In this document: positions 26,926 to 36,691 of the stretch, one piece after another
Layout: the number at the start of each line of letters is the position of its first letter
Position numbering within the stretch: the first letter of the stretch is position 1
NCBI GenBank assembly: GCA_964648765.1
Contig: CAZYLF010000002.1
Span: forward strand, 144,684-208,683
Length of the DNA: 64,000 bases
DNA from: an uncultured Candidatus Saccharibacteria bacterium
GTDB lineage: Bacteria; Patescibacteriota; Minisyncoccia; Phycocordibacterales; JACOZG01
Direction: 5' to 3'
Made by a program: the position numbers and the translations under genes
Notes under the pieces: generated by a model
The model's database searches: none
Told to the model about the DNA's origin: nothing
The model's input: only the letters and a program-made list of their open reading frames with translations

Positions 26926-28944
26926 TTAGTTTTTTGCCCTTAATTCTTCTATCTTTTTTACCCTATCATTCAACTTCAACTCTTTGTAAATATTATATAG
27001 ATTTGGATCGTTGATTATCACCGTGCCAAAGCCCTCGGTAAGTAATCTGTCTGCCTCTTTTGTATTCCCAGAAATAAATAGGGAGAGGGCATAAAGTTTT
27101 CTCGCCTCCTCAAACTTTGGTCCAAGCTCGAAAGCTTTCTTAAATACTTCCACTCCTTCATTAATCTTGCCAGAACTAAGATAAGTTTGGCCAAGTTGGA
27201 ATAAGATAGTTTGCTTATTTGGAGAAGCAGCTACAGCTTGTTTAAGTACCGCAATCGCCGGTTCATAATTACCAGTAGCGCGAAGCATATTCCCTAAAAA
27301 TACTCTCACTCGAGCATCTGCAGGAAATTTTTCTACCTGTACTTCAAACTCTTTAACGGCAAGGGTGAAAAACTCTTGCTTGAACCTATCTTCATATTGG
27401 TTGCTACCAAGCACTCCGAGTGACAGGCTAGCCAATTGCTCCCTCGCCTCTCCAGAAACAAAAGTTTTAGCCTCTAAAATATTTTTGAAATAATCTAGAC
27501 TGTGTTGGTAGTTTCCATCTTGGTTTGGTGAAATTGCTTTTATTAATGTTTGCGAAGCGTTGATTGGTTTAATATTTACAAAATACAACGTGCCAATCAT
27601 TGCAATAATTACCGCAACACCTAAACCTTGGGTCAAAAATGGCTGGGGCTTGAAACTCGGTAAAATAGCCTGCCTATCAACCCCATTTCGCCAATTAAGG
27701 TAAGCAAGGATAGAAAAGAATGAGAGGTAGCTAATAAGTTGGTCGAACACAAAGATGTTGTGGAAAAAGTAACCCACCAAAAGGCCTGAAAATAAACTTT
27801 TCTCTAGCACATCCCAATCCTTAATTTTTCGCCACAGATAGTAAAACGCTGTAACAAAAAGTGATAAATATAAGCCCAACCCCAAAACACCAGCGCTAAT
27901 TAGCCAATCAAAAAATACATTGTGCGAGCGGTCAAACCACTGCTCTTGCGAATACATTTTTGGATCATAATACTTATTGAACAAAAACATATAATTATCT
28001 GGACCCCAACCAAGTACTGGATGCTCTTTAAATCCTTGCAAACTCATGTTCCAAATTAAAAAACGAGCATTGGTTGAGCCACTCGTGACAGAAATATTGG
28101 AAAACCTCCCAAGTACAGGATTCGATCTTATGAAATTTGAATCTTTAAAAGAAACAAACAAAATCAAAAATGCCACCATTATTCCAAGTATCCAAAGTGC
28201 CCACTTACGAACATTTTTATTATTTTTTTCAAAAAGCGTCACAATTAGTGTAGACAGCAGCACCCCACCAAAAAATCCAAGTAAGGACCCTCTGGTAGCG
28301 GTGTAGTAAAGATTAACAAATTGCAAGATAATAATTGGAGAATATAGATACCAAGCCCAGGAACCACCCTTTTCTTTTGCTTGTCGATATAAATAGATTG
28401 CTGTTATAAAAATATGCACCAACATATAAACGGCCAGATATGAAGCATTGCCGAGCGAGGCGTCCAAACGTGCACTGCTTTGATGAATCTCTGCTTTGCC
28501 GGCCAATTGTAGTAGTCCATGAATACCTACCATCACACTCGCACCAATTGAAGTATGCCAAAACCAAAACCAAGCCCTCTCGGTTTTTAAAATTGAAGTG
28601 AGAACAACAAAGTAGCCAAAAAGATGAATGAAAGATACTAAGCCCTCCATGCGCTCTTGATTAGACCAAAAGGCTCGGTATGGATCGATGGCATATGCAG
28701 TGGCGAGCGCCACCACTACCAAAAAAATTGTCACAAAACCCAAAAGCCATGTCTTTTTTGGTCGGTAATTTTCATCTCTTAAAGCTAATATGAGCCAAAA
28801 AGCAAATATGATTTCAACGATAATTCTAAAAGCGAAACTTTTACCCGTAATAAATGGGAAAAATAAAGATGGGCTGACAACCATTGGAAGAAAAAGGGTT
28901 GCCAAAAGTCCAATAACTATCCCCCACCGTAAAAATGAATTCAT
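26926..28944 (-). CDS. O-antigen ligase / Wzy_C-family polytopic membrane protein with C-terminal TPR repeats (Wzy polymerase- or PglL-type O-oligosaccharyltransferase-like)
   Basis: 672 aa. About 12 TM helices form a Wzy_C-like core. The C-terminal 200 aa contain TPR units. Confidence 0.55.
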   Translation of the reverse strand: MNSFLRWGIVIGLLATLFLPMVVSPSLFFPFITGKSFAFRIIVEIIFAFWLILALRDENYRPKKTWLLGFVTIFLVVVALATAYAIDPYRAFWSNQERMEGLVSFIHLFGYFVVLTSILKTERAWFWFWHTSIGASVMVGIHGLLQLAGKAEIHQSSARLDASLGNASYLAVYMLVHIFITAIYLYRQAKEKGGSWAWYLYSPIIILQFVNLYYTATRGSLLGFFGGVLLSTLIVTLFEKNNKNVRKWALWILGIMVAFLILFVSFKDSNFIRSNPVLGRFSNISVTSGSTNARFLIWNMSLQGFKEHPVLGWGPDNYMFLFNKYYDPKMYSQEQWFDRSHNVFFDWLISAGVLGLGLYLSLFVTAFYYLWRKIKDWDVLEKSLFSGLLVGYFFHNIFVFDQLISYLSFFSILAYLNWRNGVDRQAILPSFKPQPFLTQGLGVAVIIAMIGTLYFVNIKPINASQTLIKAISPNQDGNYQHSLDYFKNILEAKTFVSGEAREQLASLSLGVLGSNQYEDRFKQEFFTLAVKEFEVQVEKFPADARVRVFLGNMLRATGNYEPAIAVLKQAVAASPNKQTILFQLGQTYLSSGKINEGVEVFKKAFELGPKFEEARKLYALSLFISGNTKEADRLLTEGFGTVIINDPNLYNIYKELKLNDRVKKIEELRAKN

Positions 28945-28990
28945 GCCGAGTACTATAGCAATTAGATATCTTTTCGGCTAGTATTTTGTC

Positions 28991-30244
28991 ATGTTAGCAT
29001 CCATTAAAAATTGGGTATACAGGCTTCTGCGCAAGAGTGAGAAATATACTAAAACAGATATGCTATACCTAGCCAAGGGCGGTTTCTGGCTTTCCTTTGG
29101 ACAGGTCATATCCGCCGGCCTGTCATTTTTCTTATCTCTCGCATTTGCAAATCTACTGCCAGCCTCAGTTTACGGTACTTATAAGTTTATTTTGTCAACC
29201 GCGGGTTTACTTAACATAGCCACCCTAAAAGGAGCAACGACAGCAATCACTAAGTCAGTTGCCCAAAAATTTGACGGCGCTCTAAAGCAGCTAACCCAAA
29301 TTAGGTTGAAATGGTCCCTCCTTTCTTCATTCTTAGGCCTCACAATATCCTTTTGGTACCTCTACAACGGCAACACCACTTTAGGTTATTCTTTTATCTT
29401 AATTTCCCTTCTCTCTCCCATAACCGATGTGTTAAATGGAGTCGGCGCCTTCTTCCAAGGGAAAAAAGCGTTTGGGATAATGACCCGTCAATTTCTTACC
29501 TCTCACACAATTAATGTGCTGTCGCTTTTGGTTACCATATTTTTCACGGATAACATATTTTACATTTTACTAAGTTACTTTTTACCTCAAATTATATATA
29601 AATTCTTTAACTATCAAGCAACACTGAAAAAATACCCGGAAAATGATCGAACAGACCCAAATATTTTATCTTACACTAAAAAATTAAGCGCTATCAACAC
29701 TATTCCACTACTTGCATCACAAATAGACAAAGTTCTGATTTTCCATTATCTCGGGGCAGCTCCCGTTGCCATCTACTCCTTTGCCACAGTATTACCAGAA
29801 CAAATATTCGGTTTTTTTCATCATCTTAATATACTGGCTTTACCAAAATATTCGTCTCAAAATATTAGCGAATTAAGGAAAGCGGTTGTCAAAAAAAATT
29901 TGATGCTGTTGCCGATCCTAATAATAATTACTGTGGCTTATTATTTTATAAGCCCATATGTATACAAGGTATTTTTTCCACAATATACTGAGTCAATATT
30001 TTTATCACAGATATACATACTTTCAATTACGGGAGTTTTGTCATTTCTACCCACCACAGCTATAACTTCACAAGAAAAAGCTGGGTCGTTGGCGAAGGTT
30101 CGAACTGGTAGTTCCTTAACCCAATTATTTTTGACCTTCATTTTGATCACAAAATTTGGAATAATTGGCGCCGTGATCTCAAGAGTAATCGCTAAATTAA
30201 TTAATGTTTTACTCGGGCACTATTTATTATTTAAAACAAACTAG
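28991..30244 (+). CDS. Oligosaccharide flippase (Wzx / polysaccharide biosynthesis protein family)
   Basis: 417 aa with 12 TM. The N-terminal region is typical of the Polysacc_synt family. Confidence 0.65.
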   Translation: MLASIKNWVYRLLRKSEKYTKTDMLYLAKGGFWLSFGQVISAGLSFFLSLAFANLLPASVYGTYKFILSTAGLLNIATLKGATTAITKSVAQKFDGALKQLTQIRLKWSLLSSFLGLTISFWYLYNGNTTLGYSFILISLLSPITDVLNGVGAFFQGKKAFGIMTRQFLTSHTINVLSLLVTIFFTDNIFYILLSYFLPQIIYKFFNYQATLKKYPENDRTDPNILSYTKKLSAINTIPLLASQIDKVLIFHYLGAAPVAIYSFATVLPEQIFGFFHHLNILALPKYSSQNISELRKAVVKKNLMLLPILIIITVAYYFISPYVYKVFFPQYTESIFLSQIYILSITGVLSFLPTTAITSQEKAGSLAKVRTGSSLTQLFLTFILITKFGIIGAVISRVIAKLINVLLGHYLLFKTN

Positions 30245-30248
30245 CGAC

Positions 30249-31358
30249 CTACCAATTCAGTGCATCCTTTGGAACCACAACATCAGCACCTAGCTCAATT
30301 GGTGAAATTTTTGAGATCAATTTTTCTAAATCTTTAGGTTTAATACCGTAACCAGGTCCCTTTATACCTAACATATCACGTGTAATCTTGTCCCCTTTTT
30401 TAATTACTATCTTAGTTACCACACTTTTTGCCAACTTTTCCCGTAATGGGATCAATTCATCATAAAGAATTTTTTTATTAGCTTGCCCCATAATCTGTTC
30501 AATTCTCCGGATCATACTAACTAAACTTTGAAATTCTTGGGGATTTAGTGAGGCAGCATGATCGCCCCCCTTCATGTTTTTATCAAGAGTAAAATGTCGC
30601 TCCACAACACAAGCTCCGTTGGATACAGCCGCTAATGTAGGAAGTAGATCCGTCTCGTGCCCAGAATAACCAACCGGTACGGGGTGGAATAAATCACGCA
30701 AAGTATCCATAAATCTTAAATTGATTTTATCCTCTGGTGATGGGTAAAGCGACAAACAATGGAAGATCACTACACGGTTATTATACTTCTGAACAGCACT
30801 TACCGCGTCTCGTATCTCCTCCTCAGTATTCATGCCTGTAGACAGCAGTACTGGTTTGTTTTTGGCAGCCACATACTCAATCAATGGGATGTTAATTGTG
30901 TCAGCGGAAGGAATTTTATAAGCATCAATATTTAACTCCTCAAGAAAATCCGCACTAACCTGATCCCACACACTAGCAAAAAATAAAATTTCTTTTTCTT
31001 CAGCATACTTTTTAAGTTCTTTGTACTGCTCCCGAGAAAATTCCAATTTGTCGCGATGGGCACCATAAGTTGGAGCAAAAGCATTAGGTGAATTATAGGG
31101 CTTGTCTAAACCCTCCTTGGTTAAAATCTCATGGGTGGTTCTCTTTTGAAATTTGACTGCGTCGGCCCCAGCTTTTTTGGCCTCATCGATCAATTGTTTA
31201 GCTAAAACAATTTCACCATTATGGTTAATCCCCACCTCCGCAATTACAAAAACCGGCTCTCCTGACCCCACATATGTTTTACCAATCTTTACCCGCGGAG
31301 CTGAAAAATGCGGAATTAAAGATTTTATCTTCTTCTTGGTTAGGTTAAAAAAATTCAT
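30249..31358 (-). CDS. neuB: N-acetylneuraminate (nonulosonic acid) synthase, NeuB/PseI/LegI family
   Basis: It has a TIM-barrel NeuB domain (VFVIAEVGINHNG, KFQ) and a C-terminal SAF domain. The start is trimmed to the internal Met. Confidence 0.8.
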   Translation of the reverse strand: MNFFNLTKKKIKSLIPHFSAPRVKIGKTYVGSGEPVFVIAEVGINHNGEIVLAKQLIDEAKKAGADAVKFQKRTTHEILTKEGLDKPYNSPNAFAPTYGAHRDKLEFSREQYKELKKYAEEKEILFFASVWDQVSADFLEELNIDAYKIPSADTINIPLIEYVAAKNKPVLLSTGMNTEEEIRDAVSAVQKYNNRVVIFHCLSLYPSPEDKINLRFMDTLRDLFHPVPVGYSGHETDLLPTLAAVSNGACVVERHFTLDKNMKGGDHAASLNPQEFQSLVSMIRRIEQIMGQANKKILYDELIPLREKLAKSVVTKIVIKKGDKITRDMLGIKGPGYGIKPKDLEKLISKISPIELGADVVVPKDALNW

Positions 31359-31397
31359 GGCACTTATGCTAGATAGTAGGCCACCCAAGTGACGGTG

Positions 31398-32120
31398 TCA
31401 ATGTATCTGTTTTTGATCTAATAAAAATTCATAATATTCCCAATCTTCGGGTTTGTTGATACCACTATAAGCTTTATCTAAAACCAGTGGAATGATTTTT
31501 TCACCAGCCATCATCCCCTTTTCCATTAAAGTTTTCCACCAAATTACATCCACATAGCCCACATGTTTATAAGCTTTGGGTAACTTGTGTTGAGGTAAAT
31601 TAAACGATTCTTTTTCTCCACCCACACTAAGTAACGGCTCCAGAAAACCTTCGTCCCCGACTTTGTACATTTTATATGGAGTTTGCTCTGGCTCGGAAAC
31701 TGTTCTCACTGAGTCTGCTTCGGGGTGATCGGCCAGAAGTTTAATAGCCTCATCAATCTCAACCACCGTCCTCAGGGGTGAGGTTGGCCTCAACTGAACA
31801 ATAATCTCTGGACGATAATTCTCCTTCTCGTCCAGCCACTTAAGAGCGTGCTGAAAGGCCATTAAGTCAGTCGCATCATCACCAGAAATTTCTTTGGGTC
31901 GCAAAAAAGGAACTTCTGAGCCTAAACTTTTAACCACAGCTGCAATATCCTCACTATCGGTCGACGTAATCGTCCGATCAATGTATTTTGACTTTTTGGC
32001 TTCGTCGACGGCATAGGCAATCAGCGGCTTACCGTTCAAAAGTTTAATATTTTTTCCGGGGATTCTTTTGGACCCACCACGAGCAGGGATAATGGCTAAG
32101 ACGTTAAATTGATCGATCAT
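31398..32120 (-). CDS. neuA: Acylneuraminate (nonulosonate) cytidylyltransferase, CMP-NeuAc synthetase family
   Basis: 240 aa. The N-terminus AIIPARGGSKRIPGKNI is the canonical cytidylyltransferase motif. Confidence 0.75.
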   Translation of the reverse strand: MIDQFNVLAIIPARGGSKRIPGKNIKLLNGKPLIAYAVDEAKKSKYIDRTITSTDSEDIAAVVKSLGSEVPFLRPKEISGDDATDLMAFQHALKWLDEKENYRPEIIVQLRPTSPLRTVVEIDEAIKLLADHPEADSVRTVSEPEQTPYKMYKVGDEGFLEPLLSVGGEKESFNLPQHKLPKAYKHVGYVDVIWWKTLMEKGMMAGEKIIPLVLDKAYSGINKPEDWEYYEFLLDQKQIH

Positions 32121-32127
32121 GGTTGGA

Positions 32128-33489
32128 TTATAACTCTTTTTGAATTAAGTTAGCCAGCCGCAGTCCAGCTTCGCCATCAAAAGGTGCAACCATCCGTTCG
32201 ATAATTTTTTTCCGGCCATGGGCATGGAGTCGGGGATTTTCAATATAAGCTTCTATGTCTTGCTTAAGTTCCGTCTGACCGTATGCCACCTTAACTCCGC
32301 CCGTCTTCACTAATTCTTCAAAATGAGTATAGCGATCGTAAAATCTCTTCACGCTTTCCCAGTAATTAACTTCCGCACCAGAAATCACCCCATCAAACGC
32401 CACGCAAATAATGGGCTTACCCAAGACAGCACCGTCAATCGCGATAGTGGAAGCACCAGTAATAATCACATCAGAGTAATACAGGGACTCAACTAAACCA
32501 CTCTCATCCTCGCCGGAACCTTCTTTCACGTAATCCCCTTTTTGATCAAAGATAATACTGGGGTAATTCTTTAAATCTTTTTTCACTGGGAATTTGGGAT
32601 GTGTTCGATATAGCAATTGATAGCCTTCACCCAACTCTCGCAAAATTTCCTCGAAAACACCAGGCAACTCATTTTCATGAATAAATAAAAACTCCCCCAT
32701 CGCGCCGTAAAATAAAAGTTTTTTATCAGGATCAAGCCCCTTATCCCGGAAGAAGTCAGACCGACTTTTAGCCATTTTTAGTTTACTGGGATGTAGAACA
32801 TCATAATGCGGCACACCAAACAGACTAATTTTTGTGTCACTTTCATCTATCGCCTGGTGCTCCAAAGCCATTTCTTTTAAGAAAGTATTCTGTAATAAAA
32901 AAATATCTGGAACTACCCTAAGTAGACCATGACTGGAAAGATTATCCCAACTTCTCAGCAAGCCAATAGTTTTAATCTGTCTTTTTTTTGCCTCTCTCAT
33001 AATCAGCACCTCAAAATCATAATCCGTAATGGAAGTGCCGATTACGAAATTGGGAGAATATTTATTGAAAAGTTTTTCCAAAAAAACCTCCTGACCGGTT
33101 TTTAAAATTAACAATCGTAATAGTTTTTTATACCAACCAAAATTTCCCAAAGTTTTTTGCTGAAGCAACTTAAGATAAGTGGCCAAGAAACCTGAGTCCC
33201 CTCGTCGGTAAGACCTCATCTTAGACCAAGTATTAGTATGGGTATTGATAGCACTCCGCGCTAAAGACATTACCAAGCTCTCGGCTTTTGTCGGCTTTCC
33301 TCTTTTAAAACCTTCGACGATTACATTGCCTCCACCAAAATCACGAGCAAAAATAGCAACCTTGTCTGGCTCCACAATCAACACAATTCTATTTTGAGAA
33401 TTTCGTTCTTTAAAAATTTTCCAAAAGTCAGTGTAAAAAATATTACGAGCAATAATATCTTTAGCGAGTGTGATAAAGATGGTTTTCAT
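32128..33489 (-). CDS. CDP-glycerol glycerophosphotransferase (TagB/TagF-like, Glyphos_transf) family protein
   Basis: 453 aa. The C-terminal motif LYYSDVIITGASTIAIDGAVLGKPII resembles the TagF SD.LITDYSS..fD....KPvI signature. It is a paralogue of 38419..39786. Confidence 0.45.
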   Translation of the reverse strand: MKTIFITLAKDIIARNIFYTDFWKIFKERNSQNRIVLIVEPDKVAIFARDFGGGNVIVEGFKRGKPTKAESLVMSLARSAINTHTNTWSKMRSYRRGDSGFLATYLKLLQQKTLGNFGWYKKLLRLLILKTGQEVFLEKLFNKYSPNFVIGTSITDYDFEVLIMREAKKRQIKTIGLLRSWDNLSSHGLLRVVPDIFLLQNTFLKEMALEHQAIDESDTKISLFGVPHYDVLHPSKLKMAKSRSDFFRDKGLDPDKKLLFYGAMGEFLFIHENELPGVFEEILRELGEGYQLLYRTHPKFPVKKDLKNYPSIIFDQKGDYVKEGSGEDESGLVESLYYSDVIITGASTIAIDGAVLGKPIICVAFDGVISGAEVNYWESVKRFYDRYTHFEELVKTGGVKVAYGQTELKQDIEAYIENPRLHAHGRKKIIERMVAPFDGEAGLRLANLIQKEL

Positions 33490-33606
33490 GATGGCTGAAT
33501 AATAACAGAATTGTCATATTTTTATATTTGACAAAAAAAATAAGTTAGTATATAATTAGAGACGGAAATCAGACCTTTAACATAGTCTTTTTGAGAGGAG
33601 AAGGCG

Positions 33607-34611
33607 GTGGCAGATGTACTGTTCGTAACCAAGGATATTGCCGGGATGGCGCTGTTGCACCCACTGGCCAAAGCCCTGAAAGGGTTTGGGCACAAGATCA
33701 GAGTGATAGCCGAAGGCCAATCAATCAAAATGTGGGAAAAAGACACAGACAATGATGTGGTTAAAGCGGTCGGTCTAGAAACCGACACCGAGACCCTTAT
33801 CGGTCTTGTCGAGGCGTCTGACCTGATCGTCACTAGTCTGGGCCGACCAATTAGACTGGAAAAGATGGCCTCCATTCTCACTCGAAAATGGCCGAACAAA
33901 AAGCTGGTTTGGCATCCCGACATTTGGGGTGGCGAACGGCGGATCACCGAGGTCAAGCCTGACTTGCTACTGGTAAACGATACCAGGGTACCGATCGCAT
34001 CCCACGTCGCCGGAGCAATAGTAGCGGAAACTGGTAGTTGCTACCTTTATGGTTTAAATCAGGCTGATCGCGGGACAGCGATCGCCCGTCAACAACAATC
34101 ATCAGCGAGGTTGGCTTTCTTGGCTGGCCAAGGGGAATACAGCCTCGACTTTATCCACTGGCTCGCGGACTCTATTAAGCAATCCGTGCTGCCGTGGGAA
34201 GTGGTAGCCAGTCTACACCCAAAGTACAAAGCGGAGAGTTGGGCCCAAAAGTGGAATGAGTTACTCAAAACGGAACTGGCCGGACTGGTGACTGACCGTT
34301 TTGAGGGAGTCCCGCCAGATCATATCGCCACAGTAGCTAACATAACCGTGTCGGCCTACAGCACCGTGCTGGCGGCCAGTACGGCCTTTGTCGGCGGAGC
34401 AGTGTCAGTCTCCACCACAGCAACTCGTCAGGGTATGCTTGAAGGAATGGGCGTGGAGCGTTACCCACTCGCGGAAGTTGGCCTCGCCTACGAGGCTAAG
34501 ACCCCCCGCTGTCTCGAAGATCTCTTGACTGATCAACGACCAGCGGGAAGCCTGATTCCGAAAATCGACCCAGTCGAGACCGCCCTCAAAGCGGTAGTAA
34601 GCCTTCTGTAG
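33607..34611 (+). CDS. Hypothetical protein, possibly GT-B fold (MurG/PseG-like). It is a GC-rich and likely foreign gene.
   Basis: 334 aa at about 55% GC among about 33% GC neighbours. The N-terminus (VLFVTKDIAGMALLHPLAKALKGFGH) is reminiscent of GT28 N-termini. There is no firm family match. Confidence 0.3.
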   Translation: MADVLFVTKDIAGMALLHPLAKALKGFGHKIRVIAEGQSIKMWEKDTDNDVVKAVGLETDTETLIGLVEASDLIVTSLGRPIRLEKMASILTRKWPNKKLVWHPDIWGGERRITEVKPDLLLVNDTRVPIASHVAGAIVAETGSCYLYGLNQADRGTAIARQQQSSARLAFLAGQGEYSLDFIHWLADSIKQSVLPWEVVASLHPKYKAESWAQKWNELLKTELAGLVTDRFEGVPPDHIATVANITVSAYSTVLAASTAFVGGAVSVSTTATRQGMLEGMGVERYPLAEVGLAYEAKTPRCLEDLLTDQRPAGSLIPKIDPVETALKAVVSLL

Positions 34612-34675
34612 GATCATTGGCCGGTGGACAGTCTTGTGTATTTACACTTGATTGCCCGCCGGCTATTTTTATAAA

Positions 34676-35104
34676 TTATTTGTTGGGAATTTTGATAATC
34701 ATCAGTCTAGCCACCCCGTCGGCAAAATGCTGATGTGGCATGCCAGCTGGAATAAACAACCAATCCCCCCGTTTTAAGATAAAATGCTCACCCCCAGAAA
34801 TTTCTCCACCCCTAATCTCTCGCGGATTATCTGTTCCATCTTTTAATTTTGAAAAATAAGGATTGGCAATTTCTCCCCCACAAATAAAATTTGCCTCTCC
34901 CTCCAAACACAGCCACAGATCAGCTGAATCTAAATGAGTTTCAACTTTACTCTTAACACTAACATCTTCCAGAATGTTTAGTGGTAAGTTCAATTCTTTG
35001 GACAACGAATTAAACGGTTCCAAATTATTCTTACCTGGCATAGGCTGACTACCCCTCAACACGTTCTCAAGATAGTCAGCTTTGATTAAGGTGGCTTTAG
35101 TCAT
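34676..35104 (-). CDS. Cupin-domain protein (possible sugar-nucleotide epimerase/isomerase-like cupin)
   Basis: It has beta-barrel cupin motifs (G.E.F....G, PAGMPHQ). The start is trimmed to the internal Met to remove overlap. Confidence 0.45.
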   Translation of the reverse strand: MTKATLIKADYLENVLRGSQPMPGKNNLEPFNSLSKELNLPLNILEDVSVKSKVETHLDSADLWLCLEGEANFICGGEIANPYFSKLKDGTDNPREIRGGEISGGEHFILKRGDWLFIPAGMPHQHFADGVARLMIIKIPNK

Positions 35105-35105
35105 G

Positions 35106-35846
35106 TTACTTTTTATTAGCCACACAAATAAGCGACAACCCGAAACCGAAATTAATATGATTCTCAACTACCTTAATCCACCGGTTAAGAATACTCCTGA
35201 TAAGTACGGGCAAGAAACCACCTTCTTTCCCCCGACTCTTCAGTTCAAGCTCTTTTTTAAAAATTTTTTCTGACACAAAATAAGGTAAAACACCGATCAT
35301 ATTCCAATACCTAATCTTTTGAACCACAAAACCCCTAGACTCGAGCAGTTTAGTTAAGCCGACTTTGGAATATCTCCGATAGTGACCATATTTAATATCC
35401 CTTTTACCAAACAGCCACTGATGAGCTGGGACAACTAAAACTAACTGACCACTGGGATTCAATTTACCAGAAATTCTTTCCAAGATTGAGCTGTCATTTT
35501 CTATGTGCTCTAAAACATCTAACATGGTAATTGAGTCGAACTTCTCAACAAAAATATTCTCTAGATCTTCAGCAAAGCCTTTACGTATATTTAAACTATT
35601 GGCATTTTGCTGAGAAAGAGCAACTAATTCATCGTTTGGCTCCAGACCAAAAACTTCTGCGCCCTTTGATTGCATCACCTTTAAAAACCCACCTGAACCA
35701 GAACCGATATCTAGTACCTTGGGACCAGAAACCATCGTAGACACTAGATTAAATAAATTCCAATTTCTAAAATCAGAACGGTTGTCTAAACCAATAAAAT
35801 AATGCTTGGAGAGACTTTCTTCAGAATCGTTATAAAAATTAGGCAT
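35106..35846 (-). CDS. Class I SAM-dependent methyltransferase
   Basis: Motif I is VLDIGSGSGGF. A post-I acidic residue is present (VFGLEPN). Confidence 0.7.
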   Translation of the reverse strand: MPNFYNDSEESLSKHYFIGLDNRSDFRNWNLFNLVSTMVSGPKVLDIGSGSGGFLKVMQSKGAEVFGLEPNDELVALSQQNANSLNIRKGFAEDLENIFVEKFDSITMLDVLEHIENDSSILERISGKLNPSGQLVLVVPAHQWLFGKRDIKYGHYRRYSKVGLTKLLESRGFVVQKIRYWNMIGVLPYFVSEKIFKKELELKSRGKEGGFLPVLIRSILNRWIKVVENHINFGFGLSLICVANKK

Positions 35847-35847
35847 A

Positions 35848-36450
35848 CTACTTAGACCCTTTAACCAAAATAAATGTTGGGGAAAGAAGATTCACAAGTT
35901 TGGTGATTTTAAAAAACAAAAAAATATAAGGAAAATACCCGAAAACTTTATAGCCCTCAAAGATCTTGGAAACCGTACTCAGGTTAAAGAATTGCTTGTG
36001 ATCTGGATTCTGAACTTTTTGAGGAGTCCACCCCCATAATCTCATAATGGGGTAAATCCAAAAGTGAGAGTTTGGCGTAGTAATAATAGAGACACCGGAA
36101 TTTTTTTTTATTCTTTCTATTTCCCAAAAGGTAAATTTAGGATTTCTAAGGTGCTCAACAACCTCAGTACACCAAATAAGGTCAAAGTTTTTATCTTCAA
36201 ATGGCATCCCCTTCTCAATGTCACAAACCAGAGCTCCCTCATAATTTGGGTCAATGTCCAGAGAGACAACCTGGTAGCCAAGCTTTTTTAATTCCTCCGA
36301 CCAATAACCATCTCTGCATCCAATGTCCAAAGCCTTCTTATTTAAACCATTTTTAGGTACATATGAAAAAGCTATCCTTTTACCAGCCGTGTCGTGCTTA
36401 AACTCCGCCTGACCCAAATCAACTGGTATTTTTTTTAGTAACGAGATCAT
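35848..36450 (-). CDS. Class I SAM-dependent methyltransferase
   Basis: Motifs ALDIGCRDGYW and VVSLDIDP are present. Confidence 0.65.
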   Translation of the reverse strand: MISLLKKIPVDLGQAEFKHDTAGKRIAFSYVPKNGLNKKALDIGCRDGYWSEELKKLGYQVVSLDIDPNYEGALVCDIEKGMPFEDKNFDLIWCTEVVEHLRNPKFTFWEIERIKKNSGVSIITTPNSHFWIYPIMRLWGWTPQKVQNPDHKQFFNLSTVSKIFEGYKVFGYFPYIFLFFKITKLVNLLSPTFILVKGSK

Positions 36451-36460
36451 TTTTATTAAA

Positions 36461-36691
36461 TCAAATTATATTTTTAAACTTATACAAAAAGTAACGCAAA
36501 ACAAAAGTTCCCCCAACAACCAAGGTTGTAGAGATAATAGTTGGAATATCAATTATATCAATCAGTAGCCACAGCAAAATAATATTCAAAACAGAAATAA
36601 AAATACTTACTCCAGAATAGTTAATAAAATCTTTAGAAAAAAATTCCTTAATGATTCTTTTTAAAAAATTGGGTGGTTTTATTTTATCCAT
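36461..36691 (-). CDS. Small 2-TM membrane protein (possibly a GtrA-like fragment)
   Basis: 76 aa. It is immediately downstream of the GT2 polyprenyl-phosphate sugar transferase, the position where GtrA-like proteins usually sit. Confidence 0.3.
   Translation of the reverse strand: MDKIKPPNFLKRIIKEFFSKDFINYSGVSIFISVLNIILLWLLIDIIDIPTIISTTLVVGGTFVLRYFLYKFKNII

Noticed and set aside
26500-26930. tmRNA, RNase P RNA or SRP RNA in the long secA-upstream intergenic region
   Set aside because: No tRNA-like 3' domain, no GGAAAGUCCGG / ACAGAACCCGGCUUA P-RNA motifs and no SRP domain-IV motif were recognised.
33522-33956. 144-aa minus-strand ORF
   Set aside because: It is antisense to the GC-rich 33607..34611 gene. 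A stop-poor frame is expected at about 55% GC, and there is no coding signal.
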